Source of the DNA: Nitrososphaerota archaeon | GTDB lineage: Archaea; Thermoproteota; Nitrososphaeria_A; Caldarchaeales; Caldarchaeaceae | DNA: 64,000 bases | NCBI GenBank assembly: GCA_041641305.1 | Contig: JBEPYN010000002.1 | Span: 480,001 to 544,000, forward strand | Direction of reading: 5' to 3' | In this document: piece after piece, positions 10,324 through 19,695 of the stretch | How positions within the stretch are numbered: position 1 is the stretch's first letter | Layout: the number at the start of each line of letters is the position of its first letter | Translations under genes and position numbers: made by a program | Notes under the pieces: model-generated | What the model saw: only the letters and a program-made list of their open reading frames with translations | The model's database searches: none | What the model was told of the DNA's origin: nothing

Positions 10324-10607
10324 TTAGACGTGATGGCTTGATTTTGTGGCCTGTTTACTTCGACTCTAAGAGCAGCCGTAAACAGGGGCGTCGTGTTTCA
10401 CGCGGTCTCGCGGTTCAGAGGCCGTCGGCGGATGATTTGGCGGCGGCGTGTAGGAGGCTTGGCTACGAGGTTGAGAAGGCTGAGGCTGCTTACCCTCGGC
10501 GATGGAGCAGGAGAACTGGCTATGTTGTCGTGAAGCCGCGGCCGAAGATGTCGAAGAACATGTTTCTCAAGATGGTTGCGGAAGAGATGCGGAAACATGG
10601 TAAGTAG
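10320..10607 (+). CDS. srp19: Signal recognition particle protein Srp19
   Basis: LWPVYFDSKSSRKQGRRV and AYPRRW motifs. Confidence 0.95.
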   Translation: MIRRDGLILWPVYFDSKSSRKQGRRVSRGLAVQRPSADDLAAACRRLGYEVEKAEAAYPRRWSRRTGYVVVKPRPKMSKNMFLKMVAEEMRKHGK

Positions 10608-10845
10608 ACAGACGCTGCGAAGGCTAAAGCTTCTCGGAGAAGTCCTCCACATCCGCAGGGACTACCTCGTCATCAGGGCCTACACCGTGCCACGGCTCGG
10701 CGACAAAGTCTACAACGGCAAGGGCAGAGAAGTTGGTTATGTCTCAAACATATTTGGGCCTGTGTCGTCTCCGTACGTGGCTGTTAAGCCCGCTGCGGAG
10801 GCTGAGGTTGTGGAGGGTGAGGCGCTATACGTGGAGAAGAGCTGA
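10597..10845 (+). CDS. gar1: H/ACA RNP protein Gar1
   Basis: LGEVLH...VGYVSNIFGPVSSPYVAVK; conserved srp19-gar1-tfb synteny. Confidence 0.92.
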   Translation: MVSRQTLRRLKLLGEVLHIRRDYLVIRAYTVPRLGDKVYNGKGREVGYVSNIFGPVSSPYVAVKPAAEAEVVEGEALYVEKS

Positions 10846-11636
10846 GAATTTGTCCACAGTGTGGAGAGCCTTCACTCGTTAACGACCCTGCTTCGGGCGA
10901 GCTTTTCTGCAGCGTCTGCGGCTCGGTTGTAGAGGAGAGAGCAGCATCAACAACTCCCACTAAGAAAATGTTGCTCGACCCCAGGGGCGGGGTAGGGCCT
11001 AGGGTTACAAGCCTTCTACACGACGGGGGAATAGGGACAATCAGCAAGGGCCGCTTGTTCTCCGCTGACGAGAGGTTGTTGAGTCGGTTGCTGAGCGAAG
11101 TTTTCTGGATAGCCGACAAGGCCGGTCTACCTCGTCAAACAGCCGAGGGAGCGGGGGAGCTCGCGAAAAAAGCTGTCGCATCGAAGCTGGTCAAGCGCTC
11201 GAGAAGACCCGCCGCAGCGGCTCTGGTTTACCTGTCATCAAACAGCAACGGCCTCTGCAAATCCCTGGAAGAGATTGCCTCGGCGGCCGATGTCCCCCTC
11301 AACCAGCTCAACCGAGAGGTATCCAAGCTCGTTTTCGGCCTCAACCTGAAGCTCAAACCATTCAACATCGCAGCCCTAATAGACAAGCTGACACGGACCC
11401 TGGAGCTGCCGCCAACCCTGGCCAACACAGCCTGCAGAATCTACCAATCTGCAGCCAATTCAGGCAAACTTTCAGGCAGAAAGCCAGCCACCATATCCGC
11501 GGCCGCGGTCTATCTAGCCTGCCGCCGAGAAGGAGTAAAGAAGCCCCTCAGCACCGTCTCCGAAGCAGCGGGGGTCAGCGTCCTAACCCTCCGCAAAGCC
11601 ATAGCCCTTCTCGAATCAACCGCCGAAACATATTAG
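10842..11636 (+). CDS. tfb: Transcription initiation factor TFB (divergent), probable non-canonical start
   Basis: Zinc ribbon CPQC...CSVCG is encoded in frame upstream of the ORF-track ATG (10968). Also HDGGIGT and two cyclin repeats (AAALVYLS, GRKPATISAAAVYLACR). Confidence 0.88.
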   Translation: MRICPQCGEPSLVNDPASGELFCSVCGSVVEERAASTTPTKKMLLDPRGGVGPRVTSLLHDGGIGTISKGRLFSADERLLSRLLSEVFWIADKAGLPRQTAEGAGELAKKAVASKLVKRSRRPAAAALVYLSSNSNGLCKSLEEIASAADVPLNQLNREVSKLVFGLNLKLKPFNIAALIDKLTRTLELPPTLANTACRIYQSAANSGKLSGRKPATISAAAVYLACRREGVKKPLSTVSEAAGVSVLTLRKAIALLESTAETY

Positions 11637-11686
11637 ATGAGACATCTTTATCAATAAGCAGTGCGTTTATATCATTTTGGGTAAAC

Positions 11687-12034
11687 TTGCCTGCGAAGCT
11701 TTCTAAGCTGGAGGAGAAGGCGTTAGCGCTGTTGATGCAGAATGAAGTGGGGATGCTTCAGTCGGAGCTGTGGCATAAGCTGGGGGTGACGAGCCGTGAG
11801 GGCTCGAGGATAGGTATTAAGCTGGAGCGTAAAGGCTACATTAAACGGGTTAAGGCTTTCAGCAACGATAGGTGGACGCGGAGGCTTGTCCCCCTCATTA
11901 AGCAGATAAACATAGAGCCGCTTGTCGGCGTGCCCTGTCCCTCATGTGTGTATGACAACGTCTGTGGACCGAGAGGCGAACCCCACTACAAAACATGCAT
12001 ATTGCTAGAGGAGTGGCTGAGCGGCCAGAAGTAA
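11687..12034 (+). CDS. tfeB: Transcription factor E beta subunit (RPC34/RPC39 homologue, winged helix plus Fe-S domain)
   Basis: wHTH QSELWHKLGVTSREGSRIGIKLERKG followed by PCPSCxxxxxC...CILLEEWL four-Cys cluster. Confidence 0.85.
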   Translation: MPAKLSKLEEKALALLMQNEVGMLQSELWHKLGVTSREGSRIGIKLERKGYIKRVKAFSNDRWTRRLVPLIKQINIEPLVGVPCPSCVYDNVCGPRGEPHYKTCILLEEWLSGQK

Positions 12035-12036
12035 AG

Positions 12037-12714
12037 TTGACGAAGGAGCAGTGGCTTCAGCGGAGAAGGGAAGACCCTTATTGGCGGAAAGCCAAGGAAA
12101 TGGGCTATCCCTCACGCGCCGCCTTCAAGCTTCTCGAGATACAGAAAAGATGGAAGATTATCCGCGAGGGTCATAGGGTGCTTGACCTGGGGGCCGCGCC
12201 CGGGGGAATGGCGGCGGTCGCGTCAGACATCGTCGGCGAGAAAGGATTGGTGGTGGCGGTGGACAGGGAGCCTCTTCAGCTTGAATGGCCGAACATAGTC
12301 TCGATAACGGCCGACATCTACGAAGCACGGTTGACCAGAGAGGTTCAAGAAGCTTTGGGCCAAGGTTTTTGCGACATCGTGGTCTCCGACCTCTCCCCCC
12401 ACCACTCGGGAGACTATGACTTGTTGGTGGAGCAGCAGATAGACCTCCTCGAGGCAAGCCTCAACCTTTGCCACAGGTTTCTCCGAAAGGGTGGAAACGC
12501 GGTGTTCAAGGCCTTTGAACATCCTCGTCTAAGGGTTTTCGAGAGGAAGATGATGACGTGTTTCTGGAGGGTTGAGCGTTATGTGCCCCGGTCAACCAAG
12601 AAGGGGAGCAGCGAAATCTTTCTCCTCGGCCTCGGCTACCGGGGCCCGGCTAGGCGTCGGATGCTCGACCAGCGGCGGCCCTCAACACATCCTCAAGAGG
12701 AGCATCAGTCTTGA
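12037..12714 (+). CDS. rlmE: 23S rRNA 2'-O-methyltransferase RlmE/FtsJ
   Basis: SRAAFKL, LDLGAAPGG and intact K-D-K-E tetrad (VSDLSP, VFKAF, SSEIF). Start could be 12013 or 12037. Confidence 0.93.
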   Translation: MTKEQWLQRRREDPYWRKAKEMGYPSRAAFKLLEIQKRWKIIREGHRVLDLGAAPGGMAAVASDIVGEKGLVVAVDREPLQLEWPNIVSITADIYEARLTREVQEALGQGFCDIVVSDLSPHHSGDYDLLVEQQIDLLEASLNLCHRFLRKGGNAVFKAFEHPRLRVFERKMMTCFWRVERYVPRSTKKGSSEIFLLGLGYRGPARRRMLDQRRPSTHPQEEHQS

Positions 12715-13840
12715 CAGCCGTCGGGTCCACGTGAGTTAGCGAGGCCCTGTAACCCATCGACCTCAAAGAAGCAACAAGCACTATCGGCGACCGAGGCGTC
12801 GAACCAGTTACATGAGCTATCCTATCCACAGGATAATAGCCGACAACGTCCACCTCCCCGCTTATCCTCTCTAAAACTTTCTGAGCCTTCGGCAAATCCA
12901 TGGACTGTGCGAGCATCTTCTCAACATGTTCTTCGCTGTGTAGAGGCCCCAGCCAAGCAGGCCCTACAACCGAAGCCTTGCCCCCGCATCTCGGGCAAAC
13001 CCTACTTGGGAAATCATGCAGTTGAGAGATTTCGCTGTATAGGCAGTTGCAGGCTTTTATCCATCCCATTTTCTCGAGCAACTTGATTACACGAGACCTG
13101 CCGCGGAGAACGTGGAAAAATACGCGGACAAAGTGTCTGTGCTGGACGCTGAGAACAGGTGTTGCCGCTATGTTCAACGCGGCTCCACGTATTATGACGA
13201 ATGATGCGAGGAGGCGGAGAGCCGCTTCCTTGGCGAAAAAAGTTTTCCCAGAGTATAGCCCGTATTTTCTGAAGCATGTCTCGGGATGGTTTCCGACGAG
13301 AGGCGCCAAGTCCGTGGCGGAGACACCTATGTATCCGCCGTTCGCAACAGCGCGCAGACTGTTTTCCACAAACTTTACGGGGGCGCCTACCGGGTCCACA
13401 TCAACATAGTGAACCCGCTCCCGCCATCCGCTAAGCCGCGTCAAAAACACAGCAGCATCACCCTCGAAAATCTCGCATCTACCTGCTACACCGTTCCACT
13501 CCGCGTTGAGGCGCATGACTTTCACCGCGTTTGGGTTGATGTCGTTCATCAAAACCCGTGTAACCGTGTTTGTCTCAACAAGCAGACGAATGGCTCTTAC
13601 ACCGGAGCCGGCGAGAGGCTCCGCTGCAACAGCCCCTTCGCCAAATGTTCTGGCCAAAATAACTGTCAAGTCTCTTGACAGTGCTGAGAAGGGGTTGTAG
13701 AAGACTGGGGAGCGTGTCGGAGCGGCTGGTTCACCGACGTTCGTCGTCGGAAACACGGGAGCCACAAACTCTACACGCCCCTCGCGGTACCATTTCGCCG
13801 GAAAACCCAGCGACTCCAACAAGCTCAGCTTCTCAGCCAC
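12650..13840 (-). CDS. trm1: tRNA (guanine26-N2)-dimethyltransferase Trm1
   Basis: VFYNP, SGVRAIR, NDIN, VDVDPVG, SATDLAPL, GPAWLGPL and KTDAP. Confidence 0.95.
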   Translation of the reverse strand: MAEKLSLLESLGFPAKWYREGRVEFVAPVFPTTNVGEPAAPTRSPVFYNPFSALSRDLTVILARTFGEGAVAAEPLAGSGVRAIRLLVETNTVTRVLMNDINPNAVKVMRLNAEWNGVAGRCEIFEGDAAVFLTRLSGWRERVHYVDVDPVGAPVKFVENSLRAVANGGYIGVSATDLAPLVGNHPETCFRKYGLYSGKTFFAKEAALRLLASFVIIRGAALNIAATPVLSVQHRHFVRVFFHVLRGRSRVIKLLEKMGWIKACNCLYSEISQLHDFPSRVCPRCGGKASVVGPAWLGPLHSEEHVEKMLAQSMDLPKAQKVLERISGEVDVVGYYPVDRIAHVTGSTPRSPIVLVASLRSMGYRASLTHVDPTAVKTDAPLEDVLRAAAGRASDA

Positions 13841-14373
13841 CTCTTCACCACCTCGTAAACAACCCTCGGAACCCTATCCCTATTCACCGTGTCGAGAACA
13901 TAGAGGTTTTCCCCAGCCATTTTCCTTATCGTCTGTGCCACGGGATGTGTGGCGGATACGTGGACGGTGAAGACCGAGGGTTTACCGCCGTGCAGAATTT
14001 TTTCCACGGTTTCCACGAATTTGTTGCTGAGAAGCTCCATAGGCCCCACCTCATCCACCGCCAAGACATCACATGTTGCCAAGCTTCTTTCAAGAGAGGC
14101 TACGCCAAGCCTCTCCAAATTGTCCAACATGACGACGTATTTGCCTATGCGGGGGCCTGCTCCAGCCGAAACCGATGCAAGCAACGCCTTTTCACCGCTC
14201 GTGATGTCCACGAGCTCAAACCCTTTCCTCACACCAGCCTCCCGAAGCTCACGGGTGTAGAAACCTCCCACCCTGAAGCCATCTCCCCTAAGCATCTCAA
14301 CAACACGCATCATCGCTGTTGTCTTTCCTACGCCTGGGCGGCCTGTAAACGCCGCTATCCTAGAACTCGTCAA
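13825..14373 (-). CDS. Nucleoside-triphosphatase THEP1/NTPase_1 family
   Basis: TGRPGVGKTT, GGFYTRELR, IGKYVV and VDEVGPMEL. TTG 14373 preferred as start. Confidence 0.92.
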   Translation of the reverse strand: MTSSRIAAFTGRPGVGKTTAMMRVVEMLRGDGFRVGGFYTRELREAGVRKGFELVDITSGEKALLASVSAGAGPRIGKYVVMLDNLERLGVASLERSLATCDVLAVDEVGPMELLSNKFVETVEKILHGGKPSVFTVHVSATHPVAQTIRKMAGENLYVLDTVNRDRVPRVVYEVVKRWLRS

Positions 14374-15025
14374 GCCTTGTTTGTTTGAGGTTTTCAAGGG
14401 TGGCCCATCCCATGCGAATGTATGGTCTGATAGCAGGTTGTTCAAGGTTTTCGAGGAGCCATTTCCGTGTCCTCGGGTCTGATGGGTATCCTGAGCCGAA
14501 GTCTCCCAGCCGCCGCCTCAGCATCTCCACTCTCCTGTCACGCACCACTTTCGCAACAATAGAGGCCGCCGCGACCAAAACATGCCTCCTATCACCCTCC
14601 ACCATACACTTAACCTCCATATCCGCGTCAATCTTCTCCAAAAGCCGTCGGCGAGCACGTCGTACATCCCTGTCAGGCGAGTCAACAAACACCACACGAG
14701 GCCCAATTCTCCGCACAAGCTCCGCCATCACATCATATTCCAGATTGTTCAACCCCTCGCCGCCGTTAACCCTTAGACACGACGATATACGCCTCGGCGT
14801 AACCACCATATACCCGAGCCGAAAATTCTCCCGCAGCTTCTCAAAAATCTCCTCCCTTCTTTGCGGGGAAAGCGTCTTCGAGTCAGCCACCCCCAAACCT
14901 TTGAAGATAGGTAGTTCATCGTGCTCGGCGGCGACAGCGGCTATAACCAGAGGCCCAACCACACAGCCTCTCCCAGCCTCGTCAACACCGCAGAGCAAGC
15001 CCTTAGCCAAGGTAAATCGCCGCAA
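14360..15025 (-). CDS. rnhB: Ribonuclease HII
   Basis: GVDEAGRG, DSK, VAAASIVAKV, GSGYPSDP and C-terminal PIP box QTRLDEF. Confidence 0.96.
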   Translation of the reverse strand: MRRFTLAKGLLCGVDEAGRGCVVGPLVIAAVAAEHDELPIFKGLGVADSKTLSPQRREEIFEKLRENFRLGYMVVTPRRISSCLRVNGGEGLNNLEYDVMAELVRRIGPRVVFVDSPDRDVRRARRRLLEKIDADMEVKCMVEGDRRHVLVAAASIVAKVVRDRRVEMLRRRLGDFGSGYPSDPRTRKWLLENLEQPAIRPYIRMGWATLENLKQTRLDEF

Positions 15026-15698
15026 CCATCACATGATCTTTCTCAAAAGGCTCGAGGCCGAGTGTCTCCTTTATCTCGAACCCGCTTGAGGCAAGCGTGC
15101 GCACCTCACGGTCGACCACTTTTCCCGGATCCTCGACGCTGTCGATGCTCCGCGCCTTCACAGCAAGCAGAAGACCCCCACCTCTTCGCAGCATAAGCCT
15201 CGCATTAGCGGCAACGAGGTCAGCTTGAGCGGGCCAAGCGACGTCGGCGTAGATAACATCCACGACACCGACGAGATGTGCATAGGTCTCGGGCTTCGAC
15301 GCATCAGCCAAAATAGGGACAACATTTCTCCTCCGCTCAGCGACTTTCTGGATAAACTGCTGCATAACCTTTGGAGCAAAATCAACGCCATACACAATTC
15401 CACGCAGCCCCACGATGTCTGAGACATGCGACGCAGTTGTCCCAGAAGCCGAGCCGAGATAAAGAACCCTAGACCCGGGACGGATGAAAATCTCCCTCAC
15501 ATCCTTTATGATGGCCGCGGCGAGCTTGCTTCGGAAAGGGTTCCAGACACGGTACTCCACATCATCCACTCTAACCAGCTCTTCTCCATAGACTTGGAAC
15601 CCGGGGTCAAGGCTCCTGGTCGCGGGCCTCAGCCCCTCAACACCCTCGACAACATAAACACCCTCAAAGCGTGGATGAGGCTTAACCGACACCTTCAA
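15003..15698 (-). CDS. flpA: Fibrillarin-like box C/D 2'-O-methyltransferase
   Basis: VYGE, WNPFRSKLAAAI, VLYLGSASGTTASHVSD and LEPFEKDH. Confidence 0.97.
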   Translation of the reverse strand: MKVSVKPHPRFEGVYVVEGVEGLRPATRSLDPGFQVYGEELVRVDDVEYRVWNPFRSKLAAAIIKDVREIFIRPGSRVLYLGSASGTTASHVSDIVGLRGIVYGVDFAPKVMQQFIQKVAERRRNVVPILADASKPETYAHLVGVVDVIYADVAWPAQADLVAANARLMLRRGGGLLLAVKARSIDSVEDPGKVVDREVRTLASSGFEIKETLGLEPFEKDHVMVAAIYLG

Positions 15699-16861
15699 CG
15701 TCTCCTACGCCTCCGCTCAACAGTTTTCTTCACAGGCGGCGAAGCATATTTGCGGCGTATCTCCTCAACCCTCTTCTCCAACGCCTCACGCAGCTGCGCA
15801 CCCCGATCCTCCTTAGAGAAATAGTCTATGCGCGCAGCTATGCTTATCTTGGTTGCGAGGGCCCTTGCTATCTTTCCTCTCTGCCACTTGGGTGCGGTGT
15901 GTATGAGGGGGTGCTGGAAAATCACGCCGTGTTTGGGGGAGCCGCGTCCCGTTTTCAGAAACCTGAACAACGCCTTTTCCGCACCGAGAACCTGAATAGT
16001 GCTTGCGGGAAGCCGTGCAAGACGCTCAAGCCCTCCCGCCAAAGAAATCAGCCTACTGCCCAGCACGGGGCCGGCCACGGCGGAGAGGTTCGGCGCCTCC
16101 GAAGCCATAAGCTCCCTGATGTATTCGGCGGTTTTCTCGGCCAACCTGCTGACCTCAAGCCCGAGAGAAGCTGTCGACGAAAGCATCGCCGCATCCCTCG
16201 GCCCCAGCGACCCGCCAACCGACTTCCCCGCAGCCTCTACAACACGCGCGGCCAACGCAGGGCCCAAAATCTTCGAGACCACCTTCTCATCAAAACTATG
16301 CCTCAGGACAGGCACAGCAGCCAGCTCGAGAAAATCATCCACCTCAGTCACAATCGAAGCCAGCTCCGGAAAGTGAACACCATACCACTCTCTCACACGC
16401 ACATATAGCTGGTTTCGCGTTTTCTCAAGGTCGTCAAGCACCCTCACGGCGTGGACGATGTGGAGATCCCTCCTACCAGCTTCAGCCATGATACGTTGCC
16501 GTGTCAGCGCCAACGTCACCTCCCGCACAAGGGTACGCAGTTTCTCCGCCTCTGCCGGCTCCAACGCGGCCTCAACATCGACAAGCGTCCTCTCTACCCC
16601 CTCGAGACCCAGGCCAAAAGCTGTCACAAACTTTTTCAAAACTTCGCCAACCCTGTCATCCCAATAACCCAACACAGAATATCCACGATCCCGCAATTCC
16701 CTGAGAAATCCCTCAACAAACACACTGGGCACGTCGCCCGACGAAACAATACGAACAAGCTCATCCAAATCCTCGGAAAAAGACCTCAGCAAAACAACCC
16801 TTCCACCATCATCCACAGCAGCCCAGCCGACACCCGTCGGCACCACAACAGCCCGCGACAT
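15695..16861 (-). CDS. nop5: Box C/D RNP protein Nop5 (Nop56/58)
   Basis: REWYGVHFPEL, APNL, PASTIQVLGAEKALF, PKHGVIFQHP and RGKIARALA. Confidence 0.97.
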   Translation of the reverse strand: MSRAVVVPTGVGWAAVDDGGRVVLLRSFSEDLDELVRIVSSGDVPSVFVEGFLRELRDRGYSVLGYWDDRVGEVLKKFVTAFGLGLEGVERTLVDVEAALEPAEAEKLRTLVREVTLALTRQRIMAEAGRRDLHIVHAVRVLDDLEKTRNQLYVRVREWYGVHFPELASIVTEVDDFLELAAVPVLRHSFDEKVVSKILGPALAARVVEAAGKSVGGSLGPRDAAMLSSTASLGLEVSRLAEKTAEYIRELMASEAPNLSAVAGPVLGSRLISLAGGLERLARLPASTIQVLGAEKALFRFLKTGRGSPKHGVIFQHPLIHTAPKWQRGKIARALATKISIAARIDYFSKEDRGAQLREALEKRVEEIRRKYASPPVKKTVERRRRRR

Positions 16862-17112
16862 CCGCGGAAAACACCACAGTCCCTACATTTAAAAGTGGAA
16901 GACTGGCCCACCCCTCCACGCGAAAAACATAGAACCACATGATAGCTAGTTAGAAGCCTAATGCAACAACAGACGCGATAGTTCAGACACGACCCACTAA
17001 GCAAGCTTCTCCATGCGGATGGACAGCTTCAAACCTCGAAAAAGGGCAGCAGAAATGTTCTATCCTCACGAACATGGAAATGTTTTAAATCAAACACGTC
17101 AACGGACGGAGT

Positions 17113-19695
17113 TTGATGAAGAAAGCGGTACTGGGTTTTTTGCTGGTTTTGCTGGGATTGTCCAGCTTTATGGCAGGCCAGTTAACGACCACATTTACCG
17201 CAACCATCTACTCAACAGTTACTGAAACAACCACTTATCTCTCACAACTCAGCACCACAGTGAAAGAGTATGTTTCATCGATTGTAACTGTAACACGGCA
17301 TGTAACTAAGACAACTGTACAGCAGACAACAATAACCACCAGTAGCCCCCCAGCCCCACCATCTAACCTGAGAGTGCAAAACGCTGATTTCGGAAGCATT
17401 GTTCTTACTTGGCAGGACAACTCGGTTGATGAAGAGGGTTTTCGCATCGAGAGGAGCGAAGACAACGAGATTTTTACAACAATTGGTGAGACACCTCCCA
17501 ACACAATGAACTTTGTGGACACTTCTGTAGAAAGCGAAAAAACGTATTTTTACAGGGTCAGAGCCTACCGTGGAGAGTATGTAACCTCTCCTTCTAACAC
17601 AGTTGCGGAGACAGCAACACCATACGGAATACCTCTTAGCAACTATTTCGGCGGCTTGGGCGAGCTTGAAACAGTCGTCTCCAACGTGCGTGAACGAGAA
17701 GGTTTTGCAGACATCTTCAACCCCTACTGGAACTGGATGAAATGGCCCCAAGGCTCCAAAGGAGCCAAAGCAGAGGCATCCATAGACTTTAACGACTTCG
17801 TCTCTGGCGCAGGAAGCCAAAAAATCTCAATCCAAAGAACTAACGAATCAGGCGAGGATACAAGGCTTATTCTGACATCATGGAAAATACAGCCTAAAAA
17901 CCCTACATATAAGGCATTCTATCCTCTTCCAGGTGAGAAAATTGTATTCACTTTCAGCTACAAGACCAGTGAAAAAGTAATCAACATCGAATATGCTGTC
18001 ATGTTGTATTTCATCGTCCGCGACAACACGGGCAACGAGCGCTATCTCCCGCCACTATATGTTTTACGAACACAGGAAGCGTCACCATTTTGGAGAAAAG
18101 TTTCATTCACAGCAGAAGTTCCAGCCAATTTCACAGCCGTAAGAATCTTTGTCACCTATATATGCAGAAAATCATGTGCAGGAACATTCTGGCTCGACAG
18201 CTTTGTTCTGCATACGGAGCCTGAAAAACGTCTTCCACTGCTAGGCAAGGACAAAATCAATTTCAAGCTGGCCGCCATCCATGGAGAAGTATTCGGAAAG
18301 GATCCGCTGGAACTTGCTCAGAAATATGACCTGCTTCTAGGCGGCCTAGCCACCAACACCTACGTGAAAGGATTAAACACACAGGTTCTCAGCCTCCTAT
18401 ACTTTAACGACCCCTCCCTCGCATCCAGCAGGAGAAACAGCTCAAACACTCCTCCCTGCATGATGAGATGGAACGGCACAACACCTGTCTACGAGTTCCT
18501 ACACTACTGGCCCAGCGTTTACGGAGGGGTTTCGGAGGAATGGCTTTTAAGCGCCTCCTCCTCAGCCAAATACCCACGCATAAACAGTTCAGGATACTTC
18601 ATAGTCCGGGAAAAGTATTGCGAGTTTCTCGTGGACATAGGTCGTGAGGATGTAATCGAAACAGCGCTGAAAAACATCGAAATGCTATATGTGTACGCAG
18701 GGTACAGAAATCCCACACTGTCCCCGATCCTCTTCCACGACAACCTCCCCAACTTTGTCTATCTCTGGAACATGGACGGAGCTCCTCCATCAAAATATCC
18801 AGACCGCGAAACACGTAAAATAATCTTAGACCATATGCTCAACCGTTTAAAGAAAAGCATCTTGGACCCCTATCCCGACCGTAAAATCATAGCAAACATA
18901 GGAACATACAGCAACGAAGAGTTCCAGTATGTCGTTAGGTTTGATTACGACGGCGTTTTAATCGAGTATTTCACACGAATCTTTAACAAAACGTTGTCTC
19001 CCTCACTATTGTATCAACAGTTTCATGCTCTCAAAAATTACCCCGACAACAAGGTCGTAGTGTTAGTAGATACAGTTCCAGGACAATACGTTAAACTGTG
19101 GAATGAAAATCCTATGCTTGTCCCCGATAATGTGAGAAGACATTTTGGCTTCGTTTTGGCTGCACTATACCTGCTTAACAGACCTAACACGTATATCACT
19201 CTCCGCGGAGATGAAGGAGGATACTCGTCATCATATATTCTGAAAGATTTCTACCTCCCATTAGGCAGGCCTCTGCAAGACTTGGAAACCGTTGAAGGAG
19301 ATGAGAAAAATGGCGCTCTCTTTCTGAGAAGGTACAGCAACGGCCTAGTCCTTCTCAACACGGCGTCAAGCAGAAGCTTCACATACTTTGTTGCGGAGAA
19401 ACATCGTGACAGGGCCGGCAACGTGTTTACCGGCTTGATAACCATCCCACCCCAGACAGGACTCGTATTATATAGAAACGAAACGCAGAGCAACAGTGAA
19501 TACGGCACCTCCACCACGGCATTAACCACCACCACGGCGCCTCCGCAATATGCCAAGAGCACAGAAACCAAAAATCTTAGAGGAAATGCACCCATATGGC
19601 TTAACGAATCAAACAAGATAGCATTAAATACCGGAAAACAGACGACAATATGGTATGCCCTCCCACGGAAGCATAACCAAGGCTGGGAAAGTTAG
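17113..19695 (+). CDS. Secreted protein: signal peptide, Thr-rich linker, FN3 domain, carbohydrate-binding-like jelly roll, putative glycoside hydrolase (GHL15-like) domain
   Basis: MKKAVLGFLLVLLG signal; LTWQDNSVDEEGFRIERS...YFYRVRAY (FN3); TFWLDSF (CBM-like); LGRP...FLRRYSNGLVLLN C-terminal pattern of GHL15-type proteins. Confidence 0.65.
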   Translation: MMKKAVLGFLLVLLGLSSFMAGQLTTTFTATIYSTVTETTTYLSQLSTTVKEYVSSIVTVTRHVTKTTVQQTTITTSSPPAPPSNLRVQNADFGSIVLTWQDNSVDEEGFRIERSEDNEIFTTIGETPPNTMNFVDTSVESEKTYFYRVRAYRGEYVTSPSNTVAETATPYGIPLSNYFGGLGELETVVSNVREREGFADIFNPYWNWMKWPQGSKGAKAEASIDFNDFVSGAGSQKISIQRTNESGEDTRLILTSWKIQPKNPTYKAFYPLPGEKIVFTFSYKTSEKVINIEYAVMLYFIVRDNTGNERYLPPLYVLRTQEASPFWRKVSFTAEVPANFTAVRIFVTYICRKSCAGTFWLDSFVLHTEPEKRLPLLGKDKINFKLAAIHGEVFGKDPLELAQKYDLLLGGLATNTYVKGLNTQVLSLLYFNDPSLASSRRNSSNTPPCMMRWNGTTPVYEFLHYWPSVYGGVSEEWLLSASSSAKYPRINSSGYFIVREKYCEFLVDIGREDVIETALKNIEMLYVYAGYRNPTLSPILFHDNLPNFVYLWNMDGAPPSKYPDRETRKIILDHMLNRLKKSILDPYPDRKIIANIGTYSNEEFQYVVRFDYDGVLIEYFTRIFNKTLSPSLLYQQFHALKNYPDNKVVVLVDTVPGQYVKLWNENPMLVPDNVRRHFGFVLAALYLLNRPNTYITLRGDEGGYSSSYILKDFYLPLGRPLQDLETVEGDEKNGALFLRRYSNGLVLLNTASSRSFTYFVAEKHRDRAGNVFTGLITIPPQTGLVLYRNETQSNSEYGTSTTALTTTTAPPQYAKSTETKNLRGNAPIWLNESNKIALNTGKQTTIWYALPRKHNQGWES

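Noticed and set aside
13675-15089. Long + strand ORFs (237 aa and 234 aa)
   Set aside because: Antisense to well-supported trm1, NTPase and rnhB genes, with no motifs.
16862-17112. Possible tRNA or att site at the left island boundary
   Set aside because: No cloverleaf, no direct repeat matching the right boundary that I could see, and no integrase.
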